Virus record (IMG/VR): IMGVR_UViG_3300005264_000002
Span: 1-64,000 of that record
Reading direction: 5' to 3' (one strand)
DNA: 64,000 nt
From: a virus
Shown here one piece after another: positions 56,340 through 64,000 of the stretch (its first letter is position 1; the number at the start of each line of letters is the position of its first letter). The position numbers and the translations under genes were made by a program. The notes beneath the pieces are model-generated. The model did not search any database. It saw only the letters and a program-made list of their open reading frames with translations, and was not told the DNA's origin.

Positions 56340-57521
56340 ATGGAAGAGCAACAGAATTATTTTGGTTTTGATGATGATATGTTTCAAGGAAACTTCGAGA
56401 AACTAGAGAAGTATAAATTTAGTAATGGGATTCATAAAATACGTTTTTTACCTCCATATGAAAAAGGGACACTTTATTTTAAGGTAGATCTTCATTGGGG
56501 ATACACTGATCAAAATGGTCAAACCTATCCTGTAAAATGTGTTGGCGAAAATATTTGTCCTATCTGTCAAGAGTCTAAGAGAATCAAAGCTCAGTCTGAT
56601 GAAATGATGGCACATAGTCAGGGAGATCCACAAAAAATAGATGAAGCTAAAATTGTTGCTAAAAGAGCAAATGATATAAAAAGGAAGCCAACTTATATTT
56701 ATCAAATCTTAGATTTTAATGGATCACATAAACAAATTAATTTTTCTTATAAACAGCATATGTCAGTATATGGAAAGATTAGATTTTTTTGGAATGAGAG
56801 AAAAATCAATGTGACTGATCCAAATAGGAACATGATTGTTTATGTTGATCGTCAAGGTAAAGGTAACCAAAGCACGTATAACGTTGAAATTTTAGAGGAA
56901 AGTATTAAAAAAATTGATATGCCTAAACTTGCTCAACTTCATGAATTACATAAAGATCAAACAGTTGAGTCTCTTGCAGAGATTGTTAAAACAGGATTCC
57001 TCCCTACCAACAAAAAGAAGGATGATCAGGCCACTAATAATTTTCATGGCTCTAGCAATCCAGTTGGAGAGCCTCCTTCATATATGACTGATGTTCCTCC
57101 TCAAGAAAATTCTTATCCTCCACATAATTCTCATCAACAGAATAGTCAGAATTATAATTATCCTCCTAATAATTCTCATCAACAGAATAATCAGAATTAT
57201 AATTATCCTCCTGGTGATTCTCATCAACAGAATAGTCAGAATTATAATTATCCTCCTAATAATTCCCAACAACAGAATAATCAAGGGAATCAGAACCAGG
57301 GGGTTAATTTCCAGAATAGAATGCAAAATCAAGTTGGTACGCCATCTCATAGTACCACTGAGGGAGTTGCAGGAACATCCCAACCTTCCCATGGGAATCC
57401 TGCTTCTTCCTCTCCTCATACTACTCAGACTCCAGCAAACAATGTTCAGATGAATAACAATCAACAACAAGCTATCAATGAAACTGTTGGAGCTTTTAAT
57501 GTTGATGACATCCCATTTTAG
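56340..57521 (+). CDS. ssDNA-binding protein (T4 gp32-like core, Q/N-rich linker, DDIPF tail)
   Basis: IRFLPP, H...C...CPIC, TDP..G motifs; C-terminal DDIPF. Confidence 0.85.
   Translation: MEEQQNYFGFDDDMFQGNFEKLEKYKFSNGIHKIRFLPPYEKGTLYFKVDLHWGYTDQNGQTYPVKCVGENICPICQESKRIKAQSDEMMAHSQGDPQKIDEAKIVAKRANDIKRKPTYIYQILDFNGSHKQINFSYKQHMSVYGKIRFFWNERKINVTDPNRNMIVYVDRQGKGNQSTYNVEILEESIKKIDMPKLAQLHELHKDQTVESLAEIVKTGFLPTNKKKDDQATNNFHGSSNPVGEPPSYMTDVPPQENSYPPHNSHQQNSQNYNYPPNNSHQQNNQNYNYPPGDSHQQNSQNYNYPPNNSQQQNNQGNQNQGVNFQNRMQNQVGTPSHSTTEGVAGTSQPSHGNPASSSPHTTQTPANNVQMNNNQQQAINETVGAFNVDDIPF
57114..57283 (+). repeat. 45-bp in-frame tandem repeat x~3.8 (YPPNNSHQQNSQNYN)
   Basis: units start at 57114, 57159, 57204, 57249. 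Confidence 0.95.
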
Positions 57522-57530
57522 GAGGTTACC

Positions 57531-57968
57531 GTGGAATCTATGAAAAAATATTTTAATAAAGAAGAATTTCTCGCTGTTAATAATGAAAACTTTTCTTATG
57601 TCAGGAGTGGAGCATCATTACTTAAAAGGCCAGAACAAATGGGGATGGGGGGCATTCCCTTTGCTGAAGCGGAACAGCTCTCCTATACCTTTTTGGATCT
57701 TATTAATAAATGTTCTGATCTAATGTTAGGATTGGCGGCCTCTGCTGCTGATGCAAAAAGTCGTTATAAAAAGGCTCATGCTTTAGCATTTTATCGAGCA
57801 GATGGAAGAGTCAAAGATAAAGAGTTTGCTGCTGATATGGATGATACTTATCAAAGAGAACATACTAATCATAATGATTTAAGTGATCTTTTTGAATATC
57901 TAAAAATGAAGCGTGAAGATTTTGATAAGTCACATTATTACTATAAACAAATGTTAAAAAGGGATTAG
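57531..57968 (+). CDS. UvsY-like recombination mediator candidate
   Basis: helical protein between SSB and RecA; VKDKE..A..D..Y pattern. Confidence 0.55.
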   Translation: MESMKKYFNKEEFLAVNNENFSYVRSGASLLKRPEQMGMGGIPFAEAEQLSYTFLDLINKCSDLMLGLAASAADAKSRYKKAHALAFYRADGRVKDKEFAADMDDTYQREHTNHNDLSDLFEYLKMKREDFDKSHYYYKQMLKRD

Positions 57969-57970
57969 AT

Positions 57971-59104
57971 ATGGCAAAGAAAAAAGAAACACCAGAACAA
58001 ATTAAAAGGAATCGGCTTTTTGGAGATCTTTGTAATAGTGAAAATACATATCAAGCATCTACTATTTGTAACGACTTAGCGTCGATAGTACCCCAAAGAA
58101 AACCTTTTCTTTCATCATCCCCTTCTCTTAGTTGGGGATCTGCTGTTGGGATGGAATTTGGGACAATGGAACTCTTAATCGGAACAAAATCATCTGGTAA
58201 AACTATGATTGCGTTAGATCGAATTAAAAACATTCAAGCAACCGATCCAGAGATAGTTTGTGCTTTTGTTGATGCTGAAATGGATTTTGAATTTCAATCA
58301 ACTATTAGATGGCTAGAATCTAATGGAGTTGATACAGATCGCTTGCTAATTAAGCGTGAAGTTAATATTGAAAAAATTTGGGACTGGTTCTTAAACGATG
58401 TTCAAACAGCTTGCCGTGATAATGGGGTTAAACTTGGCGGTATTGTTATGGATTCTATTGCAGCTATGGGAGTTAAAGAACTTCCTTCTGACCTTAAGAA
58501 GATTGGAAGCAAAGGTAAGGGTGGATTCCAAATGAATAAGCAGGATTATGGAGCAAAAGCTAATTTTCTCTCCAGGAATCTATCCTTCTTTAGACAGTTT
58601 GTCAGGCAGTATAGGCCATTTGTGACATTCATCAATCAAGCTAGAATTAAAGGCCAAGATCAAGTTGGGAATGATATCTATACAACCAACGGAGGAGAAG
58701 CCTTTTATCATGAACAACAATATAGATGGTTCATTGAAAAGCTAGATGGTAAAAATAGTGTCATAACAGCAAATGGGACAGCAGATCAATTTGGTAATGA
58801 AGTTCCAATTGGACATAAAATTCGTTGGATCTGTGAAAAGAATAAGATGGGAGAAGGGCTTGGCCGCAGGGGTGTAGCTGATATCATTTATATGAAAGGT
58901 CTTGTTAATCGAGAGAAAGAGATCGTTGACCTTGGAGCTAAATTGGGAATTATTGAACAAGGTGGTGCTTGGTACACTTACAATGGAGAGAAGTTCCAGG
59001 GGGCTGAAGCATTGGCCAAAGTTTTTAAAGAAGATGCTAATGAGTACAATGGTCTTTTCGCTAAAGTTATGATGGATGCAAGCAATTCTCAAAGGTATTC
59101 ATAA
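57971..59104 (+). CDS. RecA/UvsX-like recombinase
   Basis: GTKSSGKT, FVDAE, DSIAAM, FINQAR, GGEA, KNK, GAWY.Y.GEK.QG. Confidence 0.93.
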   Translation: MAKKKETPEQIKRNRLFGDLCNSENTYQASTICNDLASIVPQRKPFLSSSPSLSWGSAVGMEFGTMELLIGTKSSGKTMIALDRIKNIQATDPEIVCAFVDAEMDFEFQSTIRWLESNGVDTDRLLIKREVNIEKIWDWFLNDVQTACRDNGVKLGGIVMDSIAAMGVKELPSDLKKIGSKGKGGFQMNKQDYGAKANFLSRNLSFFRQFVRQYRPFVTFINQARIKGQDQVGNDIYTTNGGEAFYHEQQYRWFIEKLDGKNSVITANGTADQFGNEVPIGHKIRWICEKNKMGEGLGRRGVADIIYMKGLVNREKEIVDLGAKLGIIEQGGAWYTYNGEKFQGAEALAKVFKEDANEYNGLFAKVMMDASNSQRYS

Positions 59105-60099
59105 TGATTAAGTTTATTGCTACCAGTGATCTTCATGGTAATTTAAAAAATCTTGAACCTTTTAAGATAGTTGTTAGAAGGGCATTGACTGAGGCTAGAA
59201 AACATCAATGTCCATTCTTTATTGGAGGGGATCTTAACGATACCAAAGCCATTTTGCGGGCCGAGTTTGTCCAGTTCCTAATAGAAAGTTTTTTAGAATA
59301 TTCTGATGTGCAGATTATTGTTTTAGTTGGCAACCATGATCTTGTTAATCATCATAGCAATATTGAACATTCATTAGAATTTCTTAAGAACCTTCCCAAC
59401 GTTAAAGTTATTGATACCTCTCAGGAAGTTTTTTCTGGATGGTATGCAATACCCTATCATCATAGAAATGAGGATATCTTGGAACAACTCCAGATTGCAA
59501 AAGACAAAGGATATCGTAAGATCCTCTTTCACCAAGGGATAATGGGAGCAAAACAATCTGAATATATTCTAGATAAATCTTCAATATCATTAGAAGATCT
59601 AAAAGGTTTTGATAAAGTCCTAACTGGCCATTATCATTCTTATCAAACATTAGGAAATGCTGTTTACCTTGGCTCCCCATTCAGTGTGTCATTTGCTGAA
59701 GCGAATCAAGATAAATTTATTTGGTTAGTTGAAGACAATGAAGATTTTAAAATGACTCCGATTCGTCCAGGAGCAAGAAGTCATATCCAAATTGTTTGGA
59801 ACGAAGGTCAAGAAAATGTTATCCCTCAAATAAATAAGGATGATATTTTAAAGATTGTCGCAAGAGGAACTAAAGAATTCTGTTTATCTATCAATAAAGA
59901 AGATATTAAAAAACAATATAATATTGAGAACTTACAGATTGTTACTGAGATTGCTCAGACACGAAAGAAAAGAGTTGATGCTTCTAGTATTCATAAACCA
60001 ATAGAAGTTATTGATGGATATTTAGAATCAGCAGAGACTTCGCTAAACAAGATTGAACTAAAAGAATACTTGGGGAAGGTGTGTAATGCAATTACTTGA
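59104..60099 (+). CDS. SbcD/Mre11-like (gp47) nuclease
   Basis: SDLH, GGDL, GNHD, HQ, GHYH, YLGSP. Confidence 0.9.
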   Translation: MIKFIATSDLHGNLKNLEPFKIVVRRALTEARKHQCPFFIGGDLNDTKAILRAEFVQFLIESFLEYSDVQIIVLVGNHDLVNHHSNIEHSLEFLKNLPNVKVIDTSQEVFSGWYAIPYHHRNEDILEQLQIAKDKGYRKILFHQGIMGAKQSEYILDKSSISLEDLKGFDKVLTGHYHSYQTLGNAVYLGSPFSVSFAEANQDKFIWLVEDNEDFKMTPIRPGARSHIQIVWNEGQENVIPQINKDDILKIVARGTKEFCLSINKEDIKKQYNIENLQIVTEIAQTRKKRVDASSIHKPIEVIDGYLESAETSLNKIELKEYLGKVCNAIT

Positions 60100-62314
60100 T
60101 GCTAAAGCAAAAAACTTCTTATCATTTTTGGATTTTTCTTATAATTATTCGGCCCAAGGCTTAACAAATATTGATGGTGAAACAGGAGAAGGGAAATCTA
60201 CTTTTATGGATATTCCTTGCTATGCTTTTTTTGGGAAAACATCTAAAGATCTTAAGGCCGACGAAGTTATTAATTGGGATACTAAAAAGAATTTAGAAGT
60301 CCATTTCAGATTCAAAAAGGAAGATGGAATATATGAAATCCATCGTTATCGAAAACATAAAGATCATGAGAATGATTTCTATCTAGTCAATCCTTCAGGC
60401 GAAATGGTTCGGGGAAAAGATTCCAGAGAAACTCAAAAAATCTTAGAGCATCTTCTTGGATTTGATTATGAAATCTTTAAGAAGGCCATTTACTTTGGCC
60501 AATTTGATAATACAGATAAATTTCTTTCTTCTACTGATAAAGAGAAAAAAGATCTAATATCTACTATTTGTGATTTATCTGCTTATGATGAAAAGTTAGA
60601 TCTAGTTAAAGCTGAGATCAAAGAAAATGCAGAATACTTATATGACATTCAACAAAAGCATAACATCCTTGAGCACTCTCATGAGGCCATTGATAAACAT
60701 CTTTGTTCTACTGGTGAATCATTAGATAGATGGAATGAACAACAGAAAGAAAAGTGTGACAATTTAAAGCAGCAGTTACTTGATGCTGATCTTTCTATCC
60801 AACAAGAGATCGGAGATCTTGGAGACAAAATAGTAGAATGGGAATCTGAGAAAGACAAACGATTAGCTCAGATAGATGCTGAGATTAAAACTTGGGATGA
60901 TGTTCAAAAGGAGAAGATTCATTCATTAGAACAAGAATCTCAAAGATGGATTGATAACCAAGAATCTTTAATCCGTACAATGTCCCAGGATATTCCTAAA
61001 CTAGAAGATGATTTAAAAATAGCAAAAGATGAATATACTCAAGCTTGTTCTGAACCTGAGCAGGATCTTTCAGAAAAAATTAAGGAGATCGAACAAAAAA
61101 TATCTGATCTTAAGCTTAAAGAAAGAGAGGGAGATAAGATTTATGCTCATCAACAACATTTAGAAGGATTAAATGTCAATCTTAAGCAAATTATTATTCA
61201 AGAGAACAATAAGAAAAATGAAGGGATTGGATCAGAATGTCCTCATTGCTATCAAGAGATCACTGGTGAGGCAATTGATAAAAAAATCCAAGGACTTTAT
61301 GAAGAAGGTAAAAACCGTAAGACTGAAATTGATAATTGCCAGACTCAAATCAATCAAATCAATGAAGATATGCTAATCATAAAAGAATATACTGCTGAAC
61401 TTAAAGATATCAATGAGCAACAAAGTCAGCAAAGAATGAGATCCATGAATCTTAGAACCTTAAAAGATCGAATGGATGGACTGAAGAGAAGCCTTGATAC
61501 TAAAATTGATAGCGTGGAGCGTGAGAGAGAGCGTGGAAATCCAATGAGGTTATCTATTGAGACAGCTAACAATGAAACAAATCCTAATAAAGCTCAAAAA
61601 GGATTCATTGAATCAGAAATGAATCCCCATATTGCAGAATTAAATGTCGCAAAGAAACGGACGAATCCTTATCCAGAAATGCTATCAGCAGCAACTAAAG
61701 AACAAAATCCTTATAGAGATCAAGTAATTAATCTTGAGAATGATTTAAAAGAAAAAGGATTAAAGCTTAGAGGATATCAATCTGATATTAAAAAGATTGA
61801 CCATCAGATTCAACTAGGAGAGTTTTGGAAAGCTGGCCTTGGAACTTATATTAAATCAATGTTAATGGATTCTTTCCTTGAACAATTAAATATTCAGGCC
61901 AATGATTATTTAGAAACTCTTTTTGATGGAGTCTTAAAGATTCAATTAACTTCTGTTACCGAAGGGAAAAAGGGAGTTAAAGAAAAGATTGACCAAAAGA
62001 TCTTCAATGGTAATCATGAATGTTCTTACGATGCTCTTTCAGGTGGGGAAAGGTGTAGGATATGTTTAGCCGTGAACTTGGCCATAAGTGACATTACATG
62101 TAAATCTCTAGGTGCTTCATTCTCTCTATTAATGCTTGATGAAATCTTTACAGGGTTAGATAATGCTGGGAAGACTCAGACAATGAAACTGTTAAAAGAA
62201 CTAGAGCCAAGATTTGAAACAATATTAGTTATTGATCATACAGAAGAATTTAAATCATTATTCACTAATGTTATTACTGTCAAAAAAAGAGGCGGTATTT
62301 CAATAATTGTATAA
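60086..62314 (+). CDS. SbcC/Rad50-like (gp46) ATPase
   Basis: NFLS, GEGKS, CPHC zinc hook, LSGGE, LDE, IDH. Confidence 0.93.
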   Translation: MQLLDAKAKNFLSFLDFSYNYSAQGLTNIDGETGEGKSTFMDIPCYAFFGKTSKDLKADEVINWDTKKNLEVHFRFKKEDGIYEIHRYRKHKDHENDFYLVNPSGEMVRGKDSRETQKILEHLLGFDYEIFKKAIYFGQFDNTDKFLSSTDKEKKDLISTICDLSAYDEKLDLVKAEIKENAEYLYDIQQKHNILEHSHEAIDKHLCSTGESLDRWNEQQKEKCDNLKQQLLDADLSIQQEIGDLGDKIVEWESEKDKRLAQIDAEIKTWDDVQKEKIHSLEQESQRWIDNQESLIRTMSQDIPKLEDDLKIAKDEYTQACSEPEQDLSEKIKEIEQKISDLKLKEREGDKIYAHQQHLEGLNVNLKQIIIQENNKKNEGIGSECPHCYQEITGEAIDKKIQGLYEEGKNRKTEIDNCQTQINQINEDMLIIKEYTAELKDINEQQSQQRMRSMNLRTLKDRMDGLKRSLDTKIDSVERERERGNPMRLSIETANNETNPNKAQKGFIESEMNPHIAELNVAKKRTNPYPEMLSAATKEQNPYRDQVINLENDLKEKGLKLRGYQSDIKKIDHQIQLGEFWKAGLGTYIKSMLMDSFLEQLNIQANDYLETLFDGVLKIQLTSVTEGKKGVKEKIDQKIFNGNHECSYDALSGGERCRICLAVNLAISDITCKSLGASFSLLMLDEIFTGLDNAGKTQTMKLLKELEPRFETILVIDHTEEFKSLFTNVITVKKRGGISIIV

Positions 62315-62333
62315 CTATATCATGGAGGACACT

Positions 62334-62723
62334 ATGAAATTTAAAAAACTTATTCTTATTTTCTTATTGCTTACTTTCCCTCTCGTAGTATTTGCGAATG
62401 CTGCTGTTCAAGTTCTTTCTTATGAAGAATTTTTTGCCTTTGTTTTCAATAATATAGGAGAGTTTAAGGGGGCGACATCTCTTGGAGTAACTTTTTTAAT
62501 TGTCCAAATCTTAGTTAAGTTATTTGAAACTAAAGTCGGGGCTTTGATTGGTAAATGGAAACTTACAATAGTTGCCTTTCTTACTTTGATAGTTGGGACA
62601 TTAGGAATGTCAATCTCAACTAATGTTAGTATCGTGACAGCTATCTTTTCTTCTGCTAATCTAGTTTTATTACAGGCCTTTGGCCATCAAGTTTATAAGC
62701 AATTTTTCATTAAGGAAGACTAA
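62334..62723 (+). CDS. multi-pass membrane protein (holin candidate)
   Basis: GGAGG RBS before ATG 62334; about 4 hydrophobic segments. Confidence 0.6.
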   Translation: MKFKKLILIFLLLTFPLVVFANAAVQVLSYEEFFAFVFNNIGEFKGATSLGVTFLIVQILVKLFETKVGALIGKWKLTIVAFLTLIVGTLGMSISTNVSIVTAIFSSANLVLLQAFGHQVYKQFFIKED

Positions 62724-63673
62724 TGAATCATTTTAATACTTTGTTCTGCTTTTTTATCCTCCTAATATTAGCTTCATGTGGAAGTAAACTTAGAAGAGAT
62801 CATGGGGCCATTGCTTTTAATTCAAACTTTTATAGTGCTGAGTTTAAAGCATGTGGAGAAATTCATCATGGGGTTGCATCTTGTCCAGTAGAAGAAGGGA
62901 TGCTCTTTAATGATGTAAAATTACAGATCCAAGGTTACAGTTCAGGGACGATCAAGATTAGTTCTGAGGGTTGTGATCTGTCTCAAGACGTATTCAGATA
63001 TGAAAATAATGATCTGATTGGTATCGAGATCTTGGGGAAAGTAGAGCAAAGTTGTTTCATCCAGTTTGTTGTCCAGCCTGAGTATTCTGAACGGCAGACG
63101 CAGGATTTGGTCCTAGAGGATTTCAAAGGGGCCATTTATCTGAAGAAAACCAAGCAGTCATGGACTGCACTTACTAAGGGAGTAAGGGTCAAACAGTTTA
63201 ATACATCTAAGTGGGCCATTCCTTTTCAGGATGGCCCTGATGTTAGAGCAGTATTTATTTCAGATAGATGCGATATCAATTATGATCAAAGACTAAAGGT
63301 TATAGATAATAAAGTAGAATTAGATTTGAAACAATTATTCCCCAAAATAACTGATGATGTTCAAACATGTATTTTATCAGGAGCATTAATAGGAGAATCT
63401 AAGAAAGTTAGATTATCTTGGCTCATTTCAGTATATGATGAAAAGTATCAAAGACTTCCTATTCCTAAGGTCAGATTTAAAAGAAAGAAGATCCGTATTA
63501 GTGGAGATCTAAATACATCTATTATTTCATTAAATCGTAAATATAAAATTGACAAGAAAGCTAAATTCAAATTTAATAAGAGTAAGAAAAATATTGTAAG
63601 ATTACTTACAGTTAAAGGAAGATCTCGAATAGGGATCTGGAATCCAAAAGAGCGAAGATTTTTATGGAAGTAA
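62723..63673 (+). CDS. predicted lipoprotein, Cys-containing, basic C-terminus
   Basis: lipobox LASC after hydrophobic signal. Confidence 0.7.
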   Translation: MNHFNTLFCFFILLILASCGSKLRRDHGAIAFNSNFYSAEFKACGEIHHGVASCPVEEGMLFNDVKLQIQGYSSGTIKISSEGCDLSQDVFRYENNDLIGIEILGKVEQSCFIQFVVQPEYSERQTQDLVLEDFKGAIYLKKTKQSWTALTKGVRVKQFNTSKWAIPFQDGPDVRAVFISDRCDINYDQRLKVIDNKVELDLKQLFPKITDDVQTCILSGALIGESKKVRLSWLISVYDEKYQRLPIPKVRFKRKKIRISGDLNTSIISLNRKYKIDKKAKFKFNKSKKNIVRLLTVKGRSRIGIWNPKERRFLWK

Positions 63674-63939
63674 ACCCCGATTGGATTAAGATGATTGAAG
63701 GGATTCTTAGTGGAGGATCTACTGCTAATATCATTAAGGGAATATTACTTCTTCTTCTTGGTGTAGGCTTTTTCTTTATTAAAAGCTGGATCAAAAAGCA
63801 AAAAATTAAAGTTGCACGAGCAAAAACTCAACAACAAAGACAAGACCATCAAACTCAATTAGATCAAGAAACCAGAGTTATTTCCCAAGATACTCAAAAC
63901 TCAGAAGAGAGGATAGAAGATATTATTAATGGGGAATGA
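63664..63939 (+). CDS. TM + coiled-coil protein (i-spanin/holin-like candidate)
   Basis: ILLLLLGVGFFFI followed by Q-rich heptads. Confidence 0.55.
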   Translation: MEVNPDWIKMIEGILSGGSTANIIKGILLLLLGVGFFFIKSWIKKQKIKVARAKTQQQRQDHQTQLDQETRVISQDTQNSEERIEDIINGE

Positions 63940-63942
63940 TGT

Positions 63943-64000
63943 ATGGGTAAAATTGTAGTAGGATTAGATCTGTCAACCAAGACAGGTTATTCAGTTTTTG
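63943..64000 (+). CDS. RuvC-like Holliday junction resolvase (partial, runs off window)
   Basis: MGKIVVGLDLSTKTGYSVF, RNase H-fold first strand. Confidence 0.65.
   Translation, partial: MGKIVVGLDLSTKTGYSVF

Noticed and set aside
57114-57283. Repeat array as possible CRISPR
   Set aside because: Contiguous in-frame tandem units with no spacers; no cas genes
57078-57470. Ile/Leu/Arg-rich ORFs (57078..57470 - and 57091..57453 +) that look like membrane proteins
   Set aside because: Alternative-frame shadows of the 45-bp SSB repeat
1-64000. Alternative genetic code; tRNA genes; integrase/prophage boundaries
   Set aside because: Genes are intact and tightly packed under the standard code with all three stops used; no cloverleaf, integrase or host genes recognised by eye
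1-64000. Host assignment (Cys-rich lipoproteins and low GC gave an impression of a Bdellovibrionota-like diderm)
   Set aside because: Impression only; needs CRISPR-spacer or phylogenetic evidence, so not claimed

Overview
This is a 64 kb AT-rich segment (roughly one third GC by eye) of a tailed dsDNA phage (Caudoviricetes). It is almost entirely coded on the + strand with the standard genetic code. Layout: (1) 1-12 kb holds small accessory/early genes, including a lipoprotein, an Amidase_3 fusion, a C5 DNA methyltransferase, an Rrf2 regulator and DUF1599. (2) A reverse-strand metallophosphoesterase follows. (3) 13.4-46.7 kb is the virion module: portal-MuF fusion, HK97-type protease, acidic scaffold-like protein, major capsid, accessory head proteins, neck, tail tube, tail chaperone with -1 frameshift, tape measure, tail tip and fibres. 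No sheath gene is seen, so the morphology is siphovirus-like. (4) 46.9-62.3 kb is replication/recombination: SF2 helicase, a structured GC-rich intergenic element, DnaB-like helicase, primase, sigma factor, DnaE, gp32-like SSB, UvsY-like, RecA/UvsX and SbcD/SbcC. (5) A membrane/lipoprotein cassette and the start of a RuvC-like gene close the window. No terminase, integrase, tRNA, CRISPR array or reverse transcriptase was recognised. The most notable observations are: a ~100-aa module inserted in four different virion proteins and nested three-deep inside itself in one of them; three promoter classes readable from the DNA, with three apparently leaderless genes in the replication module; an SSB with a Q/N/Y-rich prion-like repeat linker and a host-type DDIPF tail; a structured bipartite-repeat element between the two helicases; and apparent over-representation of GGCC. 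All calls come from motif recognition by eye; no database searches were run.
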